DNA from: Octopus vulgaris
Taxonomy: Eukaryota
Length of the DNA stretch: 64,000 nt
Direction of reading: 5' to 3'
NCBI GenBank assembly: GCA_951406725.2
Contig: OX597818.1
Location: 144,956,001 to 145,020,000, forward strand
Part shown: positions 13,704 through 27,062 of the stretch, piece by piece
How the letters are laid out: every line of letters starts with the position of its first letter
Position numbering within the stretch: position 1 is the stretch's first letter
The notes under the pieces: model-generated
Told to the model about the DNA's origin: nothing
Seen by the model: only the letters and a program-made list of their open reading frames with translations
The model's database searches: none
Made by a program: the position numbers and the translations under genes

Positions 13704-13704
<1 letters not shown>
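13151..13704 (+). mobile_element. ~550-bp non-coding retro-type element embedded in (TAA)n
   Basis: Flanked on both sides by (AAT)n. Its 3' end GTGTCACTTTGATGACATGCACTGCTCTCTCACTCA recurs reversed at 27082-27120 next to TTA repeats. An internal part recurs reversed at 24630-24912. Confidence 0.75.
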
Positions 13705-13746
<42 letters not shown>

Positions 13747-13843
13747 TCGACTTGCCCCCTTATCCCAAAATTTTCAAGACCTTGTACCTAGAGTAGAAAT
13801 AATAATAATAATAATAATAATAACGATAATAATAATAATAATG

Positions 13844-13889
<46 letters not shown>

Positions 13890-14619
13890 TAATAACAATC
13901 TCCCATATACATATACATCTATGTATATATATTTTCTATATGCATACGTCTATGTATATATATTTATTCACACACACATACACACATATATATATGTGCA
14001 TATATATGATATATACATATACATTATATGTATATATGTAAGGAGAAGGAGAGAGAAAGAGAGACTTGCATACATAAAAGTTGCTTACACACACGCACAC
14101 GCACACAAGCAATTGCATATGCACGTACGTATGTATTCATATATGTAAGTAGATAACCCAAAATAATAAAAAATGAATAAAAACCAATAAAACTGCAATA
14201 CTAACATCGAAGTGAATCCATTGTTTTTTACCCAGAAACTCCCATGCATTTGTTTCTCCTGTTGTTGTTTTTGTATCTTATTTTCTTTCTTTCTATATTT
14301 ATATTTTTCATAGTTCAAACTCTGATAAAAGAAATAGTAACATTACTACAAACATCTGAAGAAATTTCCTAAGGCTTAGCTCGCCATTCTCTCTGGTTCC
14401 AATATGTGCGCGTGTCTGTATGTATATACGCATGCGCGCACATATATATATACAAACAAGAGAGAAGAAAAGACCGAAAGACATCTAGAGAGGATGGGGC
14501 GGGGGCAATAGCAGCAACATTAATAATACCCACCAGCAACAAGTCAAGATAAAAAGAAAAATATAAAGGGATTCACTTTCCGTGCGTACATATAAGCTTA
14601 CGAACACATATATTATACA

Positions 14620-15002
14620 CTAGCAGTATCGCCCGGCGTTGCTCGGGTTTGTTTCGACCCTTTAGAATTGGAATTTTTGAAAAGTAAAAATTTTGCATTA
14701 TGTAGCTTGTTATTCTCTTTAAGTAAACATTTTTCTGGTTGAAATACACCGGAAAATGACGACACAGCAGTTTAAAAAATCGTAAAAAAATAGGGATTTT
14801 CATAGAAAAAAAACACCTTTTTGATGTTTTGTCTTAACATGGTCTGATTTGAATTTTATCTTCTATGGAATGAAGAGCAAGCCTTCTTCTATCATACTCT
14901 CAATTTTGGTCAACTTGCGCCGCAGGGTCTCGGAGGGGATAGTGTTAGTTGAAGGCTACCAAACCTGCCACACACAGACAACTTCAGCTTTATATATATA
15001 GA
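14620..15002 (-). mobile_element. Non-autonomous Helitron
   Basis: Minus strand begins A|TCTATATATATAAAG and ends with hairpin CCCGAGCAACGCCGGG, 8 nt, then CTAG|T. These are the canonical TC...CTAG ends inserted at AT with no TSD. Confidence 0.85.
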
Positions 15003-15029
15003 TATACGCATACAACACATAAAATAGCT

Positions 15030-15540
15030 TCATCTTCACAGATGATTGCCGTCTCTTTCTGCTTTCTCGTTGTCAATGGCATTTCTGACTTCCGTCCATG
15101 ACCTCTCAGAAGACTATACATTTCCGCTGCTGATCTGTATGGTTTGAAGAATAGGTGACAGACAAAAGTAATAACTCATTGTACACTTCCAACTTGCCAG
15201 GTCTAAACACGTCGCCACTCTGCCATCACTATATCACTTGCAGTAGATAGAATGAAACATGGGGTCACCATAAAACATCTGTAAGGATTAGAGGTGGACG
15301 CTTGTACAATACGAGTACCACTTTCTGGGTCTTTGTGATCAGTACCAAGTGACAGGTCGAAGTGAGACGACCAATAATCACGTAAAACCGCAGTTTTTAT
15401 ATCTGAGCATCCCTCTCCTAGAAGGATGATGTGACAACACCTAGAGGTCCCTCCCATTCCCGGTGGTTTGCTGCGCGCCCTGAAACCAACCAAGGTTATT
15501 TCTGCATTCTCGCGCTCAGATGAATTGTCATCACATGCTT
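15030..15540 (-). mobile_element. Possible RTE-like 5' region remnant
   Basis: Shares CTCCTAGAAGGATG with the RTE-like element at 53.8 kb; GC-richer than flanks. Downstream coding potential is too decayed to call. Confidence 0.3.
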
Positions 15541-15721
15541 GTTAACTTATAGCTGGGAATCTGACAGATCATGGAATCTGAGGATCGTGGAGTCACCTCC
15601 TAAAAGTAGACCCTGGTTAAGAGGTGATTCCACGATCCTCAAAATCTTGGAACTCCCGAACCAGAGTCCCACTACCAGATGCAGTTTAAAGTTATTTTCA
15701 GGATATACAAACATGCATACA

Positions 15722-15922
15722 TTTTACTTGTTTCAATTCTTTGACTGCAGCCATTCTGGAAAAGGTTTTAATCGAATAAATCGACACCAGAACTTTTTTT
15801 TAAAAAACCTGGTACTTACTGTGTCGAGCTCTTTTTGCCGAACTGCTATATTACGGGGATATAAACAAACCAGCCCCGCTTATCAAGTGGTGGTTGGACA
15901 CACACATACATACATACACATA

Positions 15923-15970
<48 letters not shown>

Positions 15971-16127
15971 CACACACACACACGATAGGTTCTTTTCAGT
16001 TTCTGTCTACTAAATCCATTCAAAAGGCCTTGGTCGGCCCACGACCATAGTAAAAGACACTTGCGCGAGGTCTCACGCAGTGGAGCTAAACACAGAATCA
16101 TGTGTTTGGGAAGTAATCTTCTTACCA
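15722..16127 (-). mobile_element. Diverged SINE family B copy followed by a long (CA)n (16135-16350)
   Basis: Reverse similarity to 3188-3665. Confidence 0.8.
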
Positions 16128-16128
16128 C

Positions 16129-16324
<196 letters not shown>

Positions 16325-16376
16325 GCACACACACACACACACACACACACAGTTATATAAATCTTTACCCTACCCT

Positions 16377-16408
<32 letters not shown>

Positions 16409-16842
16409 AATTTTACTTTCTTTTCTCTTCTTTTCCAATTGTTATTCTACTTCTTTTGCCATTCTTCGCCAATGTCTCTCCCCGTCTCTTCTGTTTTTTT
16501 GTCTCTCCTCTGTTTTGCTCTCCTCAGCCCTCTTTAATTATCATCAGCATTTTTCTTTTACTTAATTTTCTCTTTTAAAATAATGTTTTTTTTATTTATC
16601 TTTCCATTAATCTTGCTTCCTATTTAAATTTCTTAATTACTTTGTCTATCATGTTTGTTTATTTCTTTTTTCCCGCTCGTTTCCTTCATTTAATCTATTT
16701 CCAAACAAAATATTTTTTTGTAACATGTATCTTGTAAACAGCGACGTTGATTTTTAGGTTTCTAATAGGCCAATCATCGATTCATTGTAGTTCAGATGGT
16801 GAGAGTACCACGAGCTTATATTTATGTGTAATTGGGACAATA

Positions 16843-17731
16843 AACAAAGTTTGATCAATAAGTATCCGGACTGTTGCCATTAGTAACGAAGCTAAAGCAC
16901 GCAGAGTAAAGCTGCTTGGAAAAGATTGAGCTTGAATTCTGGTGTGCATGTGCATTAGTTTTAACGTTCTAGCTCACTTCCGCTGTTCACAGCAGTGCTT
17001 GGAAGGAAGGTGTGTAGCGTGTGATCATCATATTGACCATGACAGAGAAAATTGTCATGGCAATACTTGCTGAGAGACCCGCGGAAAGTTGCAGAAAGTG
17101 TATGGAGAGGAGTGTATGAGCCGCACAAAGTGTACGAGTAGTTCAGACGTTTCCAAAATGGCCGAAAAAATGTCGATTTTGACGAACGTTCTGGGAGAAC
17201 CGCAACCAACAGAACTGAGAAAAACATCGCTGATGTGCGTGTAGCTGAGAGGGGAAATCGTCGAATCATCATCTGTGAGTTATCAGAGGATGTGCAGATT
17301 AGTTACGGTTCAGTTCAGTCCATTATCACTGAAGATTTGGGTATGAGACGGATATCTGCCAAGTTTGTGCCAAACTGCTTTCGGCTGACCAAAAAGACAT
17401 TCGGGTTTCATTTGTATAAGATCTCCTTGATTGTGTTGAGAACGATGAAAATGCTTTGAAAACTTTCGTAGGCCGCTGAGCAGGTATCGTCAAGCTTTTG
17501 GCAAAATTTAATGCAGATTCTCTACTCAACTTTCATGGTTACTGCGACGATCACACGCTACACACCTTCCTTCCAAGCACTGCTGTAAACAGCGGAAGAG
17601 AGTTAGAATGTTAAAACTTAGTGTACATGCGCAACAGAATTCAAGGTCAAGCTTTGCCTACCGGCTTTACTCTACGTTATTTAGTTTCATTACTACGGCA
17701 ACAGTCCGGATACTTATTGATCAGAATAGTA
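16843..17731 (+). mobile_element. Mariner derivative with ~200-bp inverted repeats and a partial transposase N-terminus
   Basis: 16849-17045 is the inverse of 17533-17726 (TGATCAATAAGTATCCGGACTGTTGCC...). Interior encodes VYE*FRRFQNGR..DERSGR..ITEDLGMRRISAKFVP. Confidence 0.9.
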
Positions 17732-17917
17732 TGTTTGTTTGACGCACCAATTTATCAGTTTTCCCGACAATATACACCTGAAATGTTTGAATAGACACAA
17801 AAATGTATTAAAGCAATCTTATAGTTACAAGGCATCACATCTTAATAAACGAAATAACTTCGCCTACAGCGCATTGAATACCTTATTGATTTATAGTCTC
17901 AAATAATGATTGACTCA

Positions 17918-17970
<53 letters not shown>

Positions 17971-18015
17971 CAAATGAGAGAAACGGAAAATGGAATTCAT
18001 GAGATTAATTATTTA

Positions 18016-18118
18016 TCACAACGGTCGTTCGACTCATCTTGCATCGTTCCCTCGCGAGTGATATACTAAACAACTGAGTATGGTGCATCCTTCGGTGCAG
18101 ATATGTCTTGTCAAGTGA
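18016..18118 (-). ncRNA. Degenerate type I hammerhead-like motif with long stem II
   Basis: Minus strand TCAC-TTGACAA-GAC...GTC-GAAC-GACC-GTT-GTGA. Stems I and II close, but one A of GAAA is missing. Confidence 0.45.
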
Positions 18119-19190
18119 CTTTTCAAAAGGTACCTCGTTCAATAAACTCCGTTTCGCTCAAAGCGATCTCGACTTTAAATCAACTCGCTTTGTTTTCTAA
18201 CTGAACTACCACTAACTACAACATTTTCTGAATTTCTGTTCAAACTTACTGCTTTCGCTACCGTAACATTCCAATCCAGATACCATTTATACTATTATGC
18301 AGAACAGTAACCAACCCAGCAACAATGCCAATATCTCTTCGAAGAGCGAACGCAGCTCAATGATAACACATTGCTTATTCACTTATGTAATAGAAAAGCA
18401 GCAGCAGGTCATATTCTGCAGCCAGCAGTTTTCCCAATAGAGACACTTTCTAAAATAACTATTTTATTTCGCTTCTTAAAGCATGTGGTGATTCTACTTA
18501 ATTATTTTCTACAGACTCACTTGCACGAAAGCACACAAAATGCTCACTGTCCGTAGACTCACTTGTACAGAAGTATACGTATTGCTTATGCACTTGTATC
18601 TTGACCATGCATGAGGGAATCCATTCGTCGATTTATCATCAGCAACATTCACTCCTTTTGGTATCTTTGTACTGTTTGGTTTTCACAACGTATTGTTTAG
18701 GCTGACACTCATCAATTGTTGCTTTCTCAGCAATGTTATGGTGGGATAATGTTGCGTGCATTATAAGACAGATGACAAAGCATATTCTCTCAGCTATTTT
18801 GGATATATAATGCAAAATCAAAGTCCTCTCCTTCATTCCTCTTTTGCTTCGCTTCGCTAGCAGCGTTCACTTTCTCTTTCGCTCGGTAGTCGCCAGTAGC
18901 GCAATTCTAACCAAATATCTCGTCTTCGTACGCAACTCTAGCTCATCTTATAAAGGACGCGCTTACTGACGAAAAATTCAATTTACCGTATCTCTTTTTC
19001 TATCCTTACCACGCGACATGAATATTATCTTCACCTCTGTGACATTTTCTACTCCCACCACGTGCGACGTTGAAAGGGAATTTTAAAATCGAGAATAAAT
19101 GTATATTGCTATTTCTAAAACACTGAAAATTACGTATTTGATTTTACAATTACGAACATATGCACAAGCCTTTTCTACAACACATTTAAT

Positions 19191-19625
19191 GGGATCTTTT
19201 CGGATTGAACGCCAGTTTTTAACATAATTTCCACGTAACTAAACACTTTTAAACTTCGTATACTGGTAGAATGTATTTATAAAACATCTTTTTCTCTTGG
19301 CTTTATTGAGAACATTCTATAGTTTGTAAGATATTTGTTGTTTTTTTCTTCAATTTCTGCAATTTCAACCAATCAATGACGTCTATTGAGGTGAAAGCAT
19401 TCTGTGCCGTATGAATATGTCCCTCGTTTAAGAAACAGATTGGGTTTATTTACATTTGTGAAGAAAAAAAGATACCCTTCCCCGCCACCCCTATCCCTAA
19501 CACTAACTCTAACCCTAACCCTAAAACAGATTGAAATACAATAGATCGATACTAGGGTCATAATTATGGGTGACAATTTCATATGACACCGCTAGAAAAA
19601 CTGCCGTTCAAACCGAAAAGATCCC
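19191..19625. mobile_element. MITE with 30-bp TIRs and an internal telomere-like (CCCTAA)n tract
   Basis: GGGATCTTTTCGGATTGAACGCCAGTTTTT / AAAAACTGCCGTTCAAACCGAAAAGATCCC (2 mismatches). CCCTAA-like units at ~19489-19524. Confidence 0.88.
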
Positions 19626-20858
19626 ATTTATGCACAGTTTACCTATACTAGTGTTGTTTGAAGCTTGTTAGTTTTTCGTGTATGTATTCTTGTCTCAATT
19701 GAAACCTGTGCTTCTGAAAATTTGGAAGAACACGCACTACAACCACTTTGAATTATATTGACACTAGGCCGGAAAAAAGTTTACGCTGAAAATAAGATAG
19801 AACTATTAAAAAAATACATATACGAAGTCATATCATTACTATTATGAATAAATCCATATACGTGTTTATCTAGTCTTGATGTAGACTCAGGTATCTACCA
19901 GGTACTTTTTGCTAACCTAAAAAGCAAGTCGAATCAATTAGTTTTATCACAAATATGTATTTAGGAACATATTTGTCTACACTTTAACAAGCAGTCTTGG
20001 CATTTTGTTAAAGAAGGATTAGCAGAAATCCACAATAAACGCATCAAAATGTTACCGGACTACCAATTAAGATGTCTTCCTTGTACAGCCTAGCCACTAA
20101 ATGCTTTACCCTCAAACAACTCTGTCCACATCTAACTTTCAATATGAATCTTAAGGTAGCAATATCTCAACGCTCTAATTAGAAGTAGCACTGTAAATTT
20201 AATATGTATATTGTCGGTTTGCAGTGCTGAGTTCGGCGTCAGCTGTAGGTACTGCTTGAAGAGGAAAGTACAGTTCTCCGTGAAACTTACTTCCTTTAAA
20301 TACATTAAATGAAGAATATGGCTTCAGTATGAGATTTAAACATTCTCAAATGGATTATAGGATCACAGGACTATTAAAACATAGTTCAATACTGTTCGCA
20401 TGCATATTACCTATTTGTAGCAAGATGCAGAGAACCGGTGATAACTGAATATCTTGTTCTGGGCACAGCATAAACCTACGTGTTGGAATGCGAACCATAA
20501 AACCAATTCTTCAGCCACCAAATATGTCCATATCTCCAACTCTCACAGCTCTCGAGCTATCAGCACACAACCTCTCGATTTGTTTGAAACAGCAGTGAAT
20601 GTCTCTCAGATCATACACTACAATTTAAATCAAGGAAGGACATAATGGATAATGTTATAATACAGACACACATGTACGCATACATACACGTGTGTGTATG
20701 AGACAGTGTGAGAGACTATGTGCATGTATACATACGTATTTATATATAGGTACATATATATATATATCTGCCTATGTACATATATATGAATGTAGAGATG
20801 TATGAATGTGCGTGTATGTGTGTGTGTATATATATAAATGTATATCTATCTATCTACC

Positions 20859-20977
<119 letters not shown>

Positions 20978-21624
20978 ATACGCACACACACACAATACAC
21001 GCATGCACACACATACACACACAACGTGATCGCCACAGTTGAAGCGCTCTGGGGTTGAACAATAGCAACAACAAAAACGCAACAACGAAGATCTTGTCCC
21101 GTGATTTTTTGTTTCCTTACCTCATTATGTTGTCGTTTGTTATCTTTATTTACAGGTCGTTGTGTTCTGTCTCCTTTACTGATATCTATTCTAATTTGAT
21201 GAGCATGTCACATCTATCAGATTGCAAATCAATGTTCGTTTGTCTTGGATGAAAATGTTATTTAGTTAGTTCTTATCTCCCTGTCTCTGTGTATAAGCCT
21301 ATTCAAAAGTACTATTTATTTTTTTACAACTACCCTCACGGTTATGCAAATATCATTTTCCCTTCACTTATTTGCATATATATTATATTCCAGTGGAGAT
21401 AACTAGCAACTTTCTTTCCTATCTATGGAGATACGCAGACTTGGTTAAAGGTTTCGGCCTCCTGGCCAAGGTGTATAAGACTCTGGTTTGAAGACATCAA
21501 ATTAGAGTTATCTCCTGCAATAAAAAGGCGCTGTGTTATAATCCCTATTCCTAGTGTAACATTAAGGTGGAACCCCACCCCCTACGCTGCCCGCAAATAT
21601 AATATAACCCAAATATAATATAAA

Positions 21625-21858
21625 AAGGTGGTGAGCTGGCAGAAACGTTAGCACGCCGGGAGAAATGCTTAGCGGTATTTCGTCTGCCGTTACGTTCTGA
21701 GTTCAAATTCTGCCGAGGTCGACTTTGCCTTTCATCCTTTCGGGGTCGATAAATTAAGTACCAGTTACGCACTGGGGTCGATGTAATCGATTTAATCTCT
21801 TTGTCTGTCCTTGTTTGTCCCCTCTATGTTTAGCCCCTTGTGGGCAATAAAGAAATAA
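21625..21858 (+). mobile_element. Full-length SINE family A copy
   Basis: A-box-like TGGCAGAAACG, B-box GAGTTCAAATTC, central GCCTTTCATCCTTTCGGGGTCGATAAATTAAGTACCAG, tail AGCCCCTTGTGGGCAATAAAGAAAT. Confidence 0.92.
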
Positions 21859-24294
21859 CAAATATGATATAACTCGGTGGGTGCAAGTGTGCCTCGATAT
21901 GGTTATTCATGTTGCCAGAAACAACAGCCAAATCACGGGATACTATCTTAGTAAAGGAAATACAAGTTAGTACAGTTGTAATAATATTTTCTTTTTCCAA
22001 GCTGAGATTCGAAACCAAATCTAAGGATTCTCGCTCGTCTGATCCACCACTGGCCAAACAGGAGCGAAAGAAATTTCATTGTCCTGTCAAAAAGTGATGG
22101 ATGGATTTCTCTTCGACCTACGACCTGATCTGTGTCATTTAAGGTTCAAGTAGAAAGGAGGCGACCTACATAGGTAGAAATTACTCCTGTGGTATGTCCG
22201 TTCATCAAACTGTCATGGCCATTATAAATACAGGCAAAAATCCGTCAAGGAACTGCAGATAACCATCACCAAGAGAATTGTCAAGAGACAAGCAGACAGC
22301 CAGCAAGTAACTTGCACCAGTCAAGCAGCCAACATAGAACCACATATTCTGCATGAACGACCCAACACAATAGCAGTCGCAGAACATAAACAGATACCAC
22401 CGAATGACCAACGCACACACAGACACAAAACATGCCCGGTTCTACCTCATCACATCGACACAGTATTTCCCTTGATTATTTTTTTCTTCGCCAAATCGAA
22501 GGAAGTTGGCAATGTCATGTAGTGAATTTTCTGGTGTATACAATACGTAAATGCCAGTGTCGATTAAATAAATTATTTGAACCATATTCCGATGCTTTAC
22601 CATTGTTTCACTTTGTCGTCCACACGCCTATTTCATCTGCTACCTCAACGACATCTTTTGCTACACCTTTCCCACTACACAGTCTTGGGTATACTATTCC
22701 TGAAAGTAAGACGAAATTAGTATGGCTGCAATACTTTCTGTCATGAATTTGCAAGGATCAAAGTCAACCTATGGCTAACCAACAACAATACTGGATGCAG
22801 AAATAATTGGGTACATGGCTTCCGTAAGCACACAATACTAGGTTAACTCTTATTGTGTAGCAAGTGCTTTCTGCCATAGTTTCGGGTTCACGGGTTGCTC
22901 GATGCCTTTCAAGTCTGTTGGTGAAATCGTCAGAGTGCCGGACAAATACCTTTCAGTAACTGAACCGGTTCTTTGGGTTCTGAATTCAAATCTCGCTGAG
23001 ACCAGATTTGCTATCCATCCTTCCGGAGTTTGTATAAAATACCAATTAGTATAATACCAGTTAGTATAAAATACCTACACCTTCCTCACGTACCCAGAAC
23101 CAACTATGCTACTTTGAGAGGGAGGACGTGGGAAACCATTTACAGAACCCGTTCCTCTGAGAAATAGAAGATATTTGAAATAGCTGCTCAAAAAATCGTA
23201 CGAATAACCCGTAGAACATGGCGGACACGAAATAGTTAAAAAATACACTAAAATAAACTAAAAATAAACTGTTAAATTATTACGATATTATACTTTTACT
23301 TTTGCAGCTGCGGCCTTTCATTTAATTGTTTTCATTAGAAAAAATGATAAAGCTGATCACAGCCAACAACTTATGGTTTCGAGGTCACCAGACGGTTATT
23401 CTAAATATTCTGATAGTTTCAAGAGAAAAGAAAAAAAAATGCAAAAAAGAAAAAAAAAGAAAGCAAAATGTAAAACTGATAAGTAGAAAGAAACAAAGGA
23501 AATGAAAGACAAGAAAGCCTTTTGGAAGTATTCCAACGATAGTTTCTTTATTTCTTTTTTAGAGCACAACTCTTACCTTTTACTAAAACACTTTGAAATT
23601 TATGCCTAAATCATTTTTTTATGAAATCTATTTTTCCGTTTCTTCCAATGACCAGATATTTCATTTTTTTTCTTTTTTCTGAAGTAATTTTTTTTTGTTT
23701 CTTTGGTAATTTTGCTCCCCTCTACTTATTGTATTTTCTTTACTGTCATCTAGGACAGCTATCGTTATAATCATACATTATTATCCTTTCCTCTTCCCGA
23801 TAATACTACCACATTTCTGTGTTATTATACGATCATAGTGAATACAGAAAAAAAGCCGACAACAACATTACATCTTAAAGTTTTCATGTTCTATTAGACA
23901 TCATTCAAGTTGTGTTCAAAGCCACGTTTTCTTATTCTCCGTCAACGATCCTAATAAACTCCATTCAGCTCACCACAGACGATTCTAAAATGTTATGGCG
24001 GATTCGTTTATACTCAGGTTGCACTTACACCCAACACAGAGATATGATTACGGAAAGATTCCTCGTTCTTCACCTGCTTTGCATACATATATTTATACAT
24101 ACACGAACTCATTCATATCTGCATCCACATAGAAACACTCCTATATGTATATGCGTATGTATGTGCATATATATGTATTTCGGTGCGAATGGTTTTTTAT
24201 TTGGCGGCGTTTTTACATTCCTGTAAATAATAATAATAATAATGGTATTTTTATATAAGCTTAAAGCTTATGGCGATCAGTGTGCAATGACTAA

Positions 24295-24377
<83 letters not shown>

Positions 24378-24414
24378 TGTATGTATATATATATATATAC
24401 ACACATATATATTC

Positions 24415-24445
<31 letters not shown>

Positions 24446-24459
24446 TATGGATATATATA

Positions 24460-24531
<72 letters not shown>

Positions 24532-24629
24532 TATATTATATATATAATACATATGTTATATATATATGAATATATACATGCACAAAGATGTATGTACATA
24601 TATATTTATATGTGCATATAACTATAACT

Positions 24630-24912
24630 ATCAAGATAAACAGCACATGATCTTGCAGGTGAGGCCCAGTTAGAATTTTCTTCAGGTTGACTAGCCCATC
24701 CTGCTCAAAAGCTCCTTGAATAAGGTTTGGTTAAGGGGAATGAACGAAATACTCATGTTTCCAGGGGTGAATTAGTCAAACACCAAAATATCCTTCTCAA
24801 CACATAGCTATGATGCACCTCCGCCAACTCCTGTTCGTGATCAGAGATGCACATATCGTCAGCCACTGAGGGACATCCTTAACTGGTTAAGTTCAGGCAA
24901 CTAACAAGCAAA
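24630..24912 (-). mobile_element. Fragment of the 13151-13704 element
   Basis: Reverse similarity, e.g. GTGATCAGAGATGCACATATCGTCA and AGAATTTTCTTCAGG. Confidence 0.8.
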
Positions 24913-25009
24913 AGGTTTGTACATTTTGTTGATAAATTGTGGATTATCAACAAAAGTCGACCTCGGTAGAATTTGAACATAAAGAGGCGAATAGAATACT
25001 AAAAAGAAA

Positions 25010-25960
25010 CTGCACAGGATTTCAGTGAAGCCGTCGAAGACATACTTGATCTGATCGACATCCCGAATGGTACTCGCCTGTCCGTAGTAATGAAGGGAAG
25101 AAAATCAAAATGTCAAACATGTGGAGATGTTTCCCACTCAGAGACTCTCTGCTCCCATCAAGTCACGTGAGAAAGAAAATCCCACATTTTACCAACGCCA
25201 CGAATACAAAATCTACTGCCTAAGAGCAGGCAAACATGTCGTCAATGGTAACAGTAGCAGCAACAGCCACAGAGACTGCAACAACAATAACAATAGAGAC
25301 TCCAAACACTAGAATGACAACAGCAGCAACAACATCCATATCAGGAACACCAACGACGCTAACGCACTATACTCTCACAAAGAACTCCGACACCAACAAC
25401 AAGAAGAAAATCAATAATAGAATATCCCAGCACCAATATAACACCACAGGACATATCCTACCCTTTCCGATTTCTCAGATATATTGTAGTGAAAATGATC
25501 AGAAAGAAAAGTGGAAAGCTGTCTCTATAAATAGAGAAAATAAAATAAAATAAAAACTAAATTTATTCACACCAAAAATTAGCAGGAGAAATCTAAAAGC
25601 AACAAGCCCTACAGTAGTCTCATGACCAACTTTACTACGACTATCTCTACCCTCACCAGAGACACTACCATCACTGCCGACGTCACAAATACCGCTACAA
25701 AAACAAATGTAACCACGTCACGCTTACACCAACAGCCAGAACAGCACCCGCAAACTGAACAAAACATACACCATCAACTACATGGCTGTAACACAATCAA
25801 TAAAGAATTAGTAGAATATATGCATCAACATACAAGCATTACGCACAATGACTACGTGACGCTAACACATAAAATGCCAACTCATACTAATTCAGAAAAC
25901 AGATCAAAAACATACATCACTGAATACAAAATGTCCCGAGAGAATGGGATACATCCGAAG
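25010..25960 (+). pseudogene. L1/Tx1-type ORF1 (gag-like) remnant with CCHC zinc knuckle
   Basis: Frame from 25021 reads FSEAVEDILDLIDIPNGTRLSVVMKGRKSK-CQTCGDVSHSETLC (CX2CX4HX4C at 25111-25152), then a stop and T/N-rich low-complexity sequence. Not in the ORF track. The 3' boundary is approximate. Confidence 0.65.
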
Positions 25961-26106
25961 AACTATGTTGTTGGTAGATGTGATATAGATCTATAACTGT
26001 GAGGGCTTATGAAGTCATTTTGCTGAGATTAGAGTGCTTTGACCCTCAGGCATTCAGTCAGGTTTTGATTTTCGTTAATGCGGCTGCTATGTTTTCATGG
26101 GTATTC

Positions 26107-26418
26107 CTTTTTTGTTTGTTTGTTCCTTCTCGAGCCAAGCCCGGCTCATAAGGGCCGGTTTCCCGGTTTCTTGGCGTATAGGTTCCCCGCCTGGACGAGA
26201 CGCCGGTCCATCGCAGGTGAGCTGCAAGATGCAGGAGGAAAGAGCGAGAGAAAGTTGTGGCGAAAGAGTCAGCAGAAGTTCCGCCATTACCTTCTGCCGG
26301 AGCCGCGTGGAGCTTAGGTGTTTCGCTCATAAACACACACATTGCCCGGTCTGAGATTCGAACCCGCGATCTCTCGACTCCGAGTCCGCTGCTCTAACCA
26401 CTAGGCCATGTGCCTCCA
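26107..26418 (-). mobile_element. tRNA-derived SINE family D with V-domain-like segment; young copy with TSD
   Basis: Minus strand TGGCCTAGTGGTTAGAGC (A box) and GGGTTCGAATCTC (B box). CCTGCGATGGACCGGCGTCTCGTCCAGG resembles the V-SINE domain. (AAAC)n tail. 11-bp TSD CATGGGTATTC at 26096-26106 and 26419-26429. Confidence 0.9.
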
Positions 26419-26778
26419 CATGGGTATTCGTGAGATGTTTCCCTTTCTTCCCGGTTACTAGTAGTTCTCAGTGCGTCATTGGTGATTGTGACTCTATTGT
26501 GTTTTTTCTTCCTTTTATCCCTTTCGCTGGTATTCTGGTAACTTCTCCTCCGTATTCCCTCCCAGTTAATCCGAATTTCTGATATTGTCTTCTATTATGT
26601 TTTTGCTTTTGATATTTCTGTAAAATCTTTCTATGAACCCTTTCTTTCCTTTGAAGAAGCATTCAAACATTTCATAGTGTCATAAGCGGCATGTTTTTGC
26701 TGCTCTACACGTTTGCTTCTATTTTTTATGCTTTATTTCTTTTTGTCACTTGCTTTGTTGGATCCCTCTTTATTATTG

Positions 26779-26853
<75 letters not shown>

Positions 26854-26854
<1 letters not shown>

Positions 26855-27062
26855 GGCGGCGAGCTGACACAATCGTTAGCACGCAGAACGAAATGCTTAA
26901 CGGTGTTTCACCCGTCGCTACATTCTGAGTTCAAATTTCGCTGAGGTAGACCTTGCCTTTCATCCTTTCGTGGTCAATAAATACCAGTGAAACACTGGGG
27001 TCAATGTAATCGACTATTCCTCCCGTCACCAATTTCAGGCTTTGTGCCTATAGTAGAAATGA
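26854..27062 (+). mobile_element. SINE family A copy preceded by (TTA)n
   Basis: Consensus similarity. Confidence 0.85.

Noticed and set aside
21445-21470. Minus-strand GGCC-agga-GGCC-GAAAC
   Set aside because: No CUGANGA-like core upstream.
26345-26418. tRNA gene
   Set aside because: It is the head of a TSD-bounded SINE and continues into SINE body with no poly-T terminator.
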